DNA of 33,864 nucleotides from Seison nebaliae (Eukaryota): NCBI GenBank assembly GCA_023231475.1, contig JALJEE010002004.1, positions 1 to 33,864 of the forward strand, read 5' to 3'. Shown piece by piece: positions 1 to 13,000 of this stretch (position 1 is its first letter; each line of letters starts with the position of its first letter). The notes under the pieces were generated by a model. It saw only the letters and a program-made list of their open reading frames with translations, ran no database searches and was not told where the DNA came from. The position numbers and the translations under genes were made by a program.

Positions 1-152
1 TATACGAAAACAATAGTATATTAAATAAGAAACCGTTCGAGGATTTAGCATATAAACGATTCAAAAATCGAATTAAGGATCAGATTTTTAAGGAGACTGA
101 TGGATCAAGTGAAGACGATCCGTTCGAAAGAGAAGTAGAAACTTCGAAAACC
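1..152 (+). repeat. Left arm of terminal inverted repeat (pairs with 33713-33864)
   Basis: Positions 1-141 are the exact reverse complement of 33724-33864. There is one mismatch at 142 and identity then continues to 152. Confidence 0.98.
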
Positions 153-1168
153 ACAAAAGAAGATTGTCATTCATATAAGGATATGATGAAATTGACAGAA
201 GATCTCAAAAAAAGAACGAAAGAAGAAGAAAGACAACAGAGAAATTTCGGGAAATATATCCAAAATGCTCCAGCGTCATCAGTTGCTTGGCAACAGATGA
301 AGAAAATGATGAAAACTAATTTCCAATTGAATAATCGAGAACAAGTTAAACTTTACAATGATGTCGGAAAATTGGATGAAGAGAAACAATTGAAGAAACA
401 ATTAGAGAGAATCGAATCAGTAAAACGAGACGATACGATATTACTGGATGGAATTACAGATTGTGCACAAGAAATGCACAATCATGATTTATTCAATAAG
501 AAGATTGCAAATGATTTCCAGTTCTTTCGAACTTTATTTTCCATAATTTTATTTTAAATTTCATGTAGATTCGAAGAAGATTATGACGCCCAAATAAATT
601 TCTCCAAATTAGCAATTGACGTCAATGAATTTCATACGATTGAAGAAAAGAAAGTGGTTGAGAATGAAAAAGAAGATGTTGATGCATTAATTGCGCGAAT
701 GTTCAACAATGATGTTTATGAAAGTCGAAAAAATAATTTGGGGAAAAAGAATGAAAAACTTACGATTCCTTCCGAACAAATATCAAATGGAATAATGGAA
801 CAAGATCATTCAATTCCTGTACAATTTGAAGAATTACCATCGAATGAAATTGATGATGATCTGAAATTGCATGGAGCTTCAGAAAACTCTTTCAATACTC
901 CTGGTAAACGAGATAGTATGACAAATATACGAAAAAGACCAAAATTACACCGTCTTCGGTTTATTAATAATTTGATTAAATTTCATAATAATATTTCAGA
1001 TTTGACGCATTTGATGATTATGAGATCGACCCCACCACAACAAGCGAACAAAAAAACAAAATTCCACAACAAATGGATGTGGATACACAAATTTTGGAAG
1101 AGAATAAAATCGACGAAGACAACGAAGAAAACACTTTCATTTTAGAAGAGAATAAGGGAACTGATAAA

Positions 1169-1207
<39 letters not shown>

Positions 1208-2216
1208 ACAAGTTTTCATTCTATCGATTTGGAAATCGAAAGAGAGAAACATCGAAAACAAAAAGAAATGAATGAATTGTTTGATATGGAAGCAGAATTA
1301 TCTGAAGATGAAGAAGACGGAAAAAAGGGAAAAAAGAATGACGATGATGAAGATGAAGACGATTTATTCGACGAAGAAGAATGGAAAGATTTATATGAGA
1401 ACTTCTTTTCTAAAGAGAAATTTTCGAAAGAGAAACGTGCTCTAATCAGAGAGGATATTCTGGAAGTTGAAAAGTTTTTCATGCAACTGTTTTTGATGTT
1501 CGTATTAATCTCGAAATTTCAGAAAATTTATGATGAAGAAAGACAAATTGGAATTAGAGAAATTGAAACGGAAAATTTTGTATAAATATTCAGGTATTTA
1601 TTGTTATATTCATTAAGAAATATCTTAAACTTTAAATGATTTTCTTTTAGATGGAGAAGATGAAATGTTTGATTGTGGAAGACGTCGAAAGAGATTCGGA
1701 TGGAATCGTATGACAATGATGGATGATATTGAAGATAATAATGAGACTGATCGATATCGTAAACGAAGAAGATTTTCGGGAGCGTTATGGACGAGAATGT
1801 ATCATAGTTCAAAATCAAAAAATCGGATGGATGACAGTAGCGATAAAGATGATGACGATTTTCAGAATGAAGAAGGAATTGGTAGGGAACATTCAAAGAA
1901 GAAAGATGACCATGAAAATTTTGATAGAAATATTCAAAACTTATTCTTGAAAGATGATTTAACGTTGGATAGGAAAGGTCAACTAGCGAATGAAGAAGAT
2001 TGGTTGAATAACTATAAAAATCATAAGTTGAATTTGAAGAGACAATCGACGAAAATCTTAAAAGATTCGTTAGACGACGTTCCAATGGAGAAGAAATCGT
2101 TTGACTTGACTTCACATGGAAAATCTGGAAGAAGTTTCCTTTATCGTGATAAGGAATATCTGACACGTTTATCGTCGAAAGAAAACAAATTTCCGAAGTT
2201 GATGACGAATAAATGA
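1..2216 (+). CDS. CLSPN: Claspin/Mrc1-like replication checkpoint mediator, 5'-partial; exons <3-520, 569-958, 1000-1473, 1523-1593, 1651-2216 (~672 aa visible)
   Basis: Frame is open from position 3. Four GT-AG introns (48, 41, 49, 57 nt) join the ORFs in phase. The spliced protein has acidic tracts flanking LFDMEAELSEDE, then DKLELEKLKRKILYKYSDGEDEMFDCGRRRKRFGW, then GRSFLYRDKEYLTRLSS. This matches in order the claspin C-terminal motifs EAEVSGSD / DKRQLR...DGDLHSDGPGRxRKFRW / GSFLxR...LxRL, recalled from the family rather than aligned. Confidence 0.72.
1169..1201 (+). repeat. (GAT)11 coding microsatellite (poly-Asp)
   Basis: Perfect GAT run inside claspin exon 3. Confidence 0.95.
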
Positions 2217-5200
2217 GTTGAAGCTTTGTTTGATTAATTGTAATTGTTATGAGTAAGTTAAATTTGAATCCACTTAATTGGATTAGTGGGAATTTAATAA
2301 AAGTTTTTCTTTTTTTCAATAAATTAATCTGGTACTCTTAACAATGAAATCGACGGTTGATTGATTAATGTGAAGTTCTTTGTGAAGAAAGAAGAAAGGA
2401 AAAGTTTTTCGTTGATTATAAAACGATCCAATCTACTTTCGAAATAAATGTTACCTATTACGACTGACTACGTGTGAAACGACTAGTATAATGGGAGAGG
2501 AGAATTGATATGGTGAATGGAGATCGTAGTGAAAAAGATGCATTGATGAATAAGTGGTGATGAATAGCAAGAAAAATAAATAGAACTTAATGGGAGATGT
2601 TTATTAGATATCATTTCTTCTCTTCACCATTCATGTGAATGTTGGGAAATGGAATACTCATTATCAATTAATTATTAGTGAAAATGTATTAAATAATATC
2701 ATAATAATGAGAGTTAGTTTCATCTATCCATAATGAATTCAAAAATATGATTGTTCTTATAGTAAAAACTAGGGAGAGTTAACGAAAGTTTTGAATAAAT
2801 CAATTTTGCATTGACTTCTCTCAAAGTCAAAGTGTTGTTTCGGATCATTTCCAATTGTAAAGTATTATAGTTCAATAATCTAAACAATTAACAAAGTTAC
2901 CACTAACAAGTCAAATCGGAAATGTTTATATTCGTCATTTCCAAACTTATTCTTTTAAACTTTTAAAAGGAAATGGAATACTTGGAGAAGAAAATTTCCA
3001 AAGATTTCCATTTAGGTCTTACAAATTAGTTATATCATTGTTAGTTCATTATCTGAGATTGCACAAAATAAAATTTGTTTTCTGAAAGAATTTTAAAAAT
3101 TGTTTTTTTATTCAAATTTTTTCTACTTTTCCGATGTTCGGGAACACGATGGTTTGTTTAATTGAAGTCAATACAATTCATGATCCTTCATAGGAGTAAC
3201 AATGTAAGTGAGAAAGTGGTTATTCGAACATATTATGTTTAATGAATCGCAACGTATATGAGGCACTGTAGAAATATAGTTACTGTATATGATTCTTATG
3301 AGAAAATGTGTGTTGATTTATTTAGCGCATTGGAAGAGAATCTGTAAGTTCATTCATAAAATTGAGATGATGCTGACTGATTGGAATGCGGAAGATGATA
3401 TATATGTTTATTGCTCTCATGTTGTCAGTGTGTGTTATAATACTGAATATCATACAGTAATTATTGAAGTCGTTATAAAATGTGAAAAGTTTGAATTGCG
3501 AATATGAACTTCATCGTAACAATTGCAATTATACACCCAATTCTCTAATATCATTCTCAGCTGTAGCAGAATTTCATTCATATTCCTCAATATTTATTAG
3601 TTACATGGCATTATGTAGCTATATTATTGTGAAGATCTTTTAAATTACCTCGAAATGCCAGAATATCTAGATCGTCAAATTTTATAAACACCAGAACGAT
3701 ATATCGCCGAATGAAGTTTTAGGCTACTGGGAAAGAATATCTTTATAACAAATTTAGTTTTCCCGGTAAATTATGAATAATAATTTAATACTTTGTTATG
3801 GGGAACAGGGAAAGTGGATTGAATGGGCAACATTCATCATCGAAGGTTAATTACCGATAAATATTGTTCGAAGAATCAATGAAATCATCAGGAAATATTG
3901 ATCATATTCTTATGATTAATTTCTTTTTAATGTTTCTCTTACTCTTTTTTCGAATGAAAGATTGATTCATTTCGTTTTCAATTCGCCACTTAATGATTAG
4001 TTGTTTAATTTGTTTAAAATATATGAAAAAAGGTTGAAGATAAAAGAAGGAGAAGAATTGAAGGTTGAATCATTTGGATGTAAATGTATCAATTGCTTAT
4101 TATGATTATTGACATCTAATCGATAGGTAATAATTGTGTGAATCGATAGGTTACCATCTTATGGACATTTGTTACTTATATTCTAATCGTATTAATTTTA
4201 TATCATAATCTAATATTGACTTTCTCCTTCTGCTGTTGCATGGTCTACTCATGAAAGGAATGAAATGGATTTAGATACATCTCACACATGAATGCGTCAA
4301 TTATGATTCTCTTTCTTTACTTCTTACTGACAGTGAGTCTCCTTTTATAAAATTTGTTAAGTCTAACAATTCTACTTCCGAATTGTGCGATTTCGTCATT
4401 AAAACGTTAAACATAAAATCATCTTCCTATCGATCCATTCATATTATCAATTACGTAACATCATGATTTGATGATATATTTATTATACGATTATATTCGA
4501 TGGTATCTACATTGATAATAATCGGACATGATAGACATTAAATTTCTATAGTTGAAGCGGAGAAATTCATTTTTCTTCCAAATCAGTTTAGTGCACGATT
4601 CGGTGCACGTTCCCTCATTTTCAATCATCATGGCTTTACAGCTTATGTTATTATGCTTCATCATGAGTTATCATCAAAAATATTGGGAATATGGTGTCGA
4701 TGTTTATCTACCACCAAAGGACGCGTTCTACTTGTTGGCGTTTCGAGTGATGATGATAAGCATCTTCATCATAACAATAAAGTTTTCAATTTCCGTATTG
4801 TTTCATTGTCTAACCGATAAATGAATGTGGAGAACATATTCATATTTCATCCAAATTCTTTTTTTGCATTTGTAAATAAATAATGTGAATGAATAATGTG
4901 AACAGTTCTATATGTGATGATGGAAGCGATAATATTGAAGGTAACAACTTTATACAACGATCTTTATATATTATTTAAGAATTACATATAATATTTATCG
5001 TATGTGCATTCTATCTCATCCTCTCCTTCCCACCATTCACCTAAACATACTAGGATTTAGTTATGTTTTTGTAATATTACGTTTCACTGACAATGTTGTG
5101 AGTATAGCTCGAGATGGATGTATGTATATGATAGTTTCAAATTCACTCTTCCTCTCAACTTCTTAACAAACTTCCTTTTTATACATCGCGTATTGTTCCG

Positions 5201-7932
5201 TATGTACGGGGAGCCGTTTATATATGCATATTTATGTACGTTTGATAAATCATTCAAGATTTGTTTCTCCTATTATTAATTTCCCCAACTACGTTCATTA
5301 ACATTACATCAGGAATTGGAACGTTATTGGGACACTTATCACCGTTCTTTAATGTTCACATCGATTAGTCTTTGGGGAATTCCATTTCTCAATACAACAT
5401 CCTTCTCCGAATATCGGATATGATTGGAACTCGGATTCGATTTATGGAACATTTTCCCATTATTTAGACTTTAGGAATCATCTGTGTATACAGCTGAATT
5501 GGTAATGTTCCCATCGCACAATAATATTATTAACATTACCAATTGTTTAAGAAAGAAAAAAGCATATTCGAAGAGAATTGGTACCACCAAGGAGCATATG
5601 AGAAAAGGAGTAAACGGAATTATCGCTTAGTCCCTTGTACTCCATAGTTCTGTATACCATAGAAATAATAGTTGAAGAACGATAAGGACGTTTTTGTCCC
5701 CTCCAACGAAACAGCAGTTTTTTCTTTACTATAAAACTACTTTCCCTCCTCACCACGTTCAAACTTGCACATTATTTTTTTAGAACTTTGTTCCTATGGA
5801 CTAGGTGTACGTTCCTCCAAGTCATGTGTAGTCATTTGTACATTATATCAATAATGATATAAATAAATTATGTATAGGTAAGCTTAGAACAACGTCTCTT
5901 ATCGATGTGAAGAGTTGAGGAAATGCTTTAGTTGGAAAGTGTTTTATTTCATGTAAATATAGATGTTCTTTCTGACTAGTTATTTTGTATTCTTTCTTTC
6001 ATAACATTACATCATATGACGATTATGGTCAATTAAAGTTTTTCATTAGTGCTTGAGATTCTCCTTAGTACTTGAAGAGATTCGGTGGCAATCCCTTCAT
6101 AGAACTTGCTTCATAGTTTTTTGAACTTTTAACCAACAAGGAAGAGAGAAAGTGAAGAAGAAAATTAATATATAAAAAGTAGTTTTTTTCCTCTGTTTAA
6201 TGATGTGAGATAAGTTTAGTTCAATATTAGTATGTGGTATTTCAATTTAAAAAAAAATATTTAAAAGATTTCTCTTACTTCAAAATGAATTTTTCATTAT
6301 AGTTTCATAGATTATTCATAACGAATTTCAACAGATATAATTAAAACATTCATAAATCAACTAGACTCGTATGTCAATTTTCTACAGATAAACCAACAGA
6401 TTTTCTCCATTAGGATTTATCTTCTCAATTGGATCTACTTGTTTTGCATCCAGAAGACCTCGGGTTTTTAAAAAAATCCGAAGTAATATATTTTTTCTTT
6501 AAGAATTTGAAAGTAAAATTAATGAAATTGAAGCAAATTTGGCTTATTTTTTTCAATTGAATATTTCAAATTCGTAACAACAATATACAACAATTTTTCA
6601 GTTTTATATCGTTCAAATATAATCATAAATATAAAGAGGATAACCATTGATAAAGATAATATCATTGAATTGCGGAGAATTAAATATTTTCCAAATATAT
6701 GTTTTTTATTCCGTTCCCTTTTTCTTTATTTACAATAAATTCCATAAAACTGAAGTTTATCCAATCACTGAAGCGATGGATATCGAATCAATTGAAGACT
6801 AGAATTTGATATTTTATATAAATATCGTTTGAGGAAGTGCTGGTCGTAATCATTTTGATAGGTAAAATGAAATTACCTTGACAATGATTAACGAGGGAAT
6901 GAGGGAGGCCATTTTTTTTACTGCTCGTCTGTTTTAGAAGATTTATCCTTTGTTAGAAATTTTTACGCTTAGTAGATCTGTTTGATATTATTTTTCGGAT
7001 ATGTCTGAAAGATACAGTTAATTATCATACAAATACGTATACGACTAAGCCTATACATGCATACATAATCGTTTGTAGAAGAAACTTATTCTTTAAAACA
7101 ATTACTCCTAATGTCTTCCTAAAATTATACAATATTATCTTCATTATTACCTAATATTGTTAAGTTAACAATTATCATAATGAAGACGAATAAGGATAAA
7201 TAATGGAAAAACCTTTAATTTTTTCACCTTTCGCCGAACATTTCTATACATATCCCTAAAGAAACTGAATTGATGACAGCTAATGAGAATGAAAAATTTG
7301 GTATTACCAACAAACAATACCTTTTTTTTTTTAATTTCTACCAGAATTTTATTCACCTTGAAAGTACTTCCTCTCCAATAAATTAGGAATAGAGTACGTA
7401 TATATCAAAATTTATGTTTTCACTTGTTCATTCACATCGTTAAATTGTTGAAATTGTTGTCACAAAAGACGTCTCTTCATTCAGCAATTAAAATTCTAAG
7501 AATTCTATTCCTAATGATTCATAGATACACAATGTGAAATACTTTCAAATTTCTCTCAACTTAAGGAAAACACGTTTTCCTCCCTTGTTCATCAACGACA
7601 CTATTCCTAATAAATACAACACAACATTTCCGGTAATCAGTCTATAAAGATTCTTCGGGTGGTTGTACGGATACTAGATGGATACATGTATGTATATTTT
7701 TCTATAAAATAACGTATATGTTACATAATAATAAGAATCCTTGTTTATGCGTGATGCTCTTAAGTTACGTAGATTGCACAAACATTCGCCAAAGTAATAT
7801 AGCTTTATTATTATTTGAACCTATCGTCATGAAAATTGAGAAGAAAATTTATTACAGATAAGACCAATTGTGATTAATACGTATATAGAACATGTATAAA
7901 TAAATCGATGATATACGATTTTAGGAAAATAA

Positions 7933-8400
7933 CTACGACTGTTCTATTTTCGTGAAAAATTCGTGAAAGCTATTCACAACCTATTAGAAGAATCCTTGAG
8001 AAGAAAAGGAGTAATTGACTTCATATTCGTCTTTTTTTGGATGAAAATCCGCTCGGATATATCAACTAAATTCATTCAAATTGCGGAGGTCAATTCACTT
8101 CAATTTTCAGAATTCACTTTCTGATATAATTTAAAAAATACTATTTCGGATGGATATTATTTACGTTTAATAATGAGATCAGTAAACGAAATAATTTACC
8201 AGATGTATTATTTTTTCCCAGAATAACTCATTTCTAACAACTTTTATGAAACTAACCCAAATGTCAACAAAATAATCGATCTTTTGATCGAAAAATATGG
8301 TACTCATGGTGCTGCATCTTTGTAGTTAGATGACAGATTTATAGAGTTCTTATTCGTTTAACAATTAATGAAAACATATTTCGAATCGATTAATGATAAA
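7933..8400 (+). pseudogene. Decayed coding relic with a MACPF-like YGTH motif
   Basis: Frame +1 gives about 155 codons with only 4 internal stops. It contains IDLLIEKYGTHGAASL*LDDRF, which has the spacing of the MACPF signature YGTH-x7-GG with GAT GAC where GGN GGN is expected. Confidence 0.33.
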
Positions 8401-10079
8401 TAATGAGATTAAAATACAATTAATGTAAAATTCAATAAATCAATTTAGAAAGGTTAAAAAAACGATAAATCTTGTTTAAATAAACATTCAAATTGACTAT
8501 ATTATACGTATTTTATCAGTGATACTCTCATGACTGATTAGTTTAAAGTTGCTTTGTTGATTTGGGAAATTGTCTAGCTAGAGAATAATCATTACGTCAA
8601 TTAACAATTCTTTTTAAAAGTAAAATTTTTGTTGTTTCGAATAATTTCGTTAACATGTTGATTTTTTTCTCAAGTTGAGTTCCCCTCAAAGTTGAATACT
8701 TTTACAGAGATTAACGACTGATTTGTTCTCCGAAAATAAAGATGGTAGTTGATGAACTTCATTAGGGAAATTTTGTTCCCCAACCACTAAAATATTTTTC
8801 CACTTCTGTTACATGATCAAATTCGACTCTTCTCAATCTCTCAGAAAGTTATTGTCTAAATTTATAGTACGTATACCGACTTTCATATTTCTTTCTTTTA
8901 ATAGTTGACTCTTTGATTTTCAATATATATTATGTAAGACGTCTTCCTATTAAAAGTGGTATATTGAGAAGATGTGTATACGACCAACAAATAATTTTAT
9001 TATTTATCAGAGAAATCGCCAAAATATATACATAGAATTTTCTTTTTCATGATTTTATTGTTATTGATTTTCCGAAAAATGATAAGAAATTCATCAATTC
9101 ATCTACAGAAGTTTCATTTTGAAAAGAATCATCAATTTTATTTAGAATAATGATTGATAAAATTTATCGAATTATCGTTCATTGAATTTTGATGAAATCA
9201 TAACGATGTTTCAATGATTGGAACAGTTATATTAATTCTTTTATAATACATCATCTAATGTACTGTTACAATATAGAGAACGATCTAAATGTTGTGTTTA
9301 AAGCAGAGAAGAAAATAACTTGAAGTATATGTTTCAACTCAAAAATTTCTCGAACATCAACTTTCGTCAATGTCTACTCGTTGTGGAATTGAAGGTCATC
9401 CGAATGGTTCATTCGGAATAAGAGTTAAAACAGACACATGATTTGATAGTATCAAATGATGTTTTCTGTTAATGGTCATCCATTACTTTTCTATGAAAGA
9501 AATAGTAGATCAACTAAATTTTACTTGAATTTCCTTGATGATGTTGAGATGATTAATATTTCCAATATTTTCCCTAATTTCACGTCGGAAACAACATTCG
9601 TAATTTTTATGTATACAGTGTCGTTTCACTTTAATGATGTATTCGATATTAAAATAATTGCTGTTATGATTTTCTACTACACATTATTTCCGTTGGATGA
9701 ACGGAGAGTTTTCACTTTCAACATTCATCATCATAAAGGACTAATGATGATCTTTGAATTTCCAACATTCGAATCAGTTCAAATAAAACCGAAAACTTCA
9801 TTTGAAATTCAAAATTAGTATTAATTAATAATTCTCTTTAATTTTCTCGACATTATATACCATCTACGTCCCGTTGAATTAAGCGACTGTTTCTTTCACT
9901 CTAAACAATTCAGACTATTAAATTGATATTAATCGATATTACTCAACTGTTCAATTAAATCAAAATCCACCATTTTTCGCACGCAGATTTTTTATATAAA
10001 ATATATTTTGATAAATAAACTTTTCTAGGTTGTAGATTAGAATTTCTGTACATATTGCGTCAAATATACGGTAAAGAAA

Positions 10080-13000
10080 ATGGGCAACTTGCTCAGTCGT
10101 CATCGACGAGGAAATGCTCTTAAGGTTTTTTCCAATTATCTTTGTTAATAATGCTTAATAAAAATTCAGGAAAGGAATAGAGATCGCACAGTGAAAAAGA
10201 AACATGACCATCAAAGTAAATTATTGATACAACCAAATAATCCACCTATTGTAACTGCTGAACAAATCGTGTCAGCAACACGACCTCAACATCGGGATAT
10301 GACATCATCCTTATCTCCTCAGCGTTTAAAGCGAATAAAAAATTCGAAAAATAGAACAGAGAACAATGCATACGCTATAGACGTTGCTGATGAAGAGATT
10401 AGGTCAATCGATCAAACGAAAAATTATTCAACTTATACATCAAAATCAAAAGAAAGAACAACGACCTCGATTTGTTGCGCTAGTAATAAGCCAGCGGGTG
10501 AGTCTCCACGATTATTGTCGAAAGAACCAATTAATTTGGAAGTAATGAATCCGAGAAAATTGCACACAATGACAAAGAACAAAAAAGAATATGATGATGT
10601 TACGTTACAACGAACGAAAAGTCAAACGCCGTCAACTTCTCGGTTTAGAAAATTATTTTTCGGGAAGAATCGAAAGGAACCAAATATTATTGTTGAAACT
10701 GATAAATCTCAAACTGTCAAACATCGAACAAGTCCAACGAAATTGGATGAATTTTTAATGAAAGACGAAATAGAAAAAGTTTCAGTTCGAACTTCTATCA
10801 ATCGTCCACCGAAACCACAAAGGAAACATTTGGAAGAGAAACATCAGAAAGAGGAAAATGAAATTATTATAAAAACCACAAGATCTTCCATTTCTACAGC
10901 ATCAACTTTTGATATCTTCGAAAAAGATGAATATGGATTATTGGAAATTCCGATGGTGGATGTAAATAATGGTGTAAAAATTAACATTAAGATGAATGGC
11001 AGCCCATTCGAGGAGAAGCGAAAAAGAGACCACAAGAAAAAAGATAAAACGAAAATTCGATTAAGTGAAGAGTCAATGGATCGAATGTTGTTACCACAAA
11101 TGAATCATTCGACTACATTTCAACCATTGAAATTTGCCCATCGACATTTTAATTATCCATTTGTAGTTAATCCGGATACATCTAATTTATTGGACAACAG
11201 TTATTCTTATAATTATTTTTTGGCACATTTTCCATTTGACGGTAAATCACATAACCATCAACAAAATCTATCAAATTCAGCTTTTGCTTATTATTATGTT
11301 CCGGAAGCAACAGAATTGCATCTTTTAGCGAAACCATTTCCAATATACAAAACGAACAAATTACCAGTTGGTCATTACCATTATGGAATCGTTGATCCCA
11401 ATATGATGTTACTTGAAAATGATGTTACTCAAATTCAAGGATATACATTACCATATACAAATCCACGATATATCAAATCTCAATCAACTGTAGAAAATGT
11501 CTCTCATATTCCATTAATTGAACAAGGATCCTTCCAACCTGACTCTAAAAGTTATACCATTCCTACAAAAATTGATGAAAAGAATCTCCAATCATCCACT
11601 CCCAAAATCATCACAGACGAAGACAATAGTTTACAACCATCTCCACAAATTATCAGAAATATTGAGAGACATCGTCCTTCAACTCAACCATCAAATCAAC
11701 AGTCACTTAATATTTCTGAATGTTCACCTAGAAATCAGAAACCATCCTTGCAGACTTTATCATCACCAGACGAAAATATGTTTTATACAAGTGAACCAAT
11801 GGTACGTAATGTTTACGACGAGAAAAAAATGCAATCATATAGCGCAATCGATGCTCAATATGATAGTAGTCCATATGGTGGTTCATTGTTCACTAACAGA
11901 AATAGTCTTGATGATGTTATTATGAAAGGTGACCTATTCGACAAACCAAAAAAAAACGAACCAACAACAAAAAGACCACGAAAAATTTATGACCCTAAAA
12001 CAGCCGAGAAAGATGAAAAAAGTCAGTCTGCTCCAATCGATTTACATCCTTTGAATGATATACCAACAACTGACTCTTCCGAGTCGATAACTTTCGAATC
12101 GGAAAAATTCCAACCAGACCGAACAAGAGCAGTTGTTCCAGATAGGGAACTTGTTGCACCGCAAATACACGGGGATGATGTGCAGTCAGAAAAAGCTGAA
12201 GAACTTGACCACAATAAAGATAATTTAAACTTAGAAATCGACGAAGATTTGCAAATAACAGAAAATTATCCAAATGATGAAGAACATAAGATTAATATAC
12301 AGCCAATCAAACCTGATTCCATTTTATCAGCAGAATATGCTGAAATAAAATCCTTAAATAACGGCAATCAACAACCTCAGAAACAAACAGACGAAAATTC
12401 CATACCTTATTACGAAGTTTGTGGACAAGAGAAAAGATTTGCATCCAAGTTGAATAATTTCAGTGATGTAGAATCCGAAGGGAGTAGTGAAGATTCAAAT
12501 TCAATCATTCACAAGACAATTGAAACGTTTTTAAGTAAAAAACCCGACGATGACAAAGATAAATCCTATCCACATCCAATATCTCAATTCTCAGATAATA
12601 TAGATCTTAGTGATTCCGACGAAATAATTCATTATGATGCAGAACATATTTTGAATATTTCGGTTCCTAAATTGGATATTGAACCACCATCTTTTGAATT
12701 GGAGAAACCGGGTATCGATATCTCTAGTTCTAAATTGGATGTTGAATTAAAGACACCGGACATCGACATTTCAGTACCAAAATTGGATATTGAAACACCA
12801 TCATTTGAATTAAAGAAACCTGACATCGACATTTCACTACCAAAATTGGATGTTGAAACACCATCATTTGAATTGGAAAAACCTGATATCGATATTTCAC
12901 TACCAAAAATGGATATTGAAGGACCATCATTTGAATTAAAGAAACCTGACATCGACATTTCAGTTCCAAAATTGGATATTGAAGGACCATCATTTGAATT

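Noticed and set aside
1466..1585. Alternative donor at 1466 keeping the ORF-track frame (KIYDEERQIG...)
   Set aside because: The donor at 1474 gives the frame that restores the conserved claspin-like motif and splices in phase to exon 5.
1216..2319. Minus-strand ORFs over the Claspin gene
   Set aside because: Antisense shadows of a GAA/GAT-rich coding strand.
4552..4824. 90-aa hydrophobic ORF
   Set aside because: TTG start, no recognisable motif, and hydrophobicity is expected from T-rich DNA.
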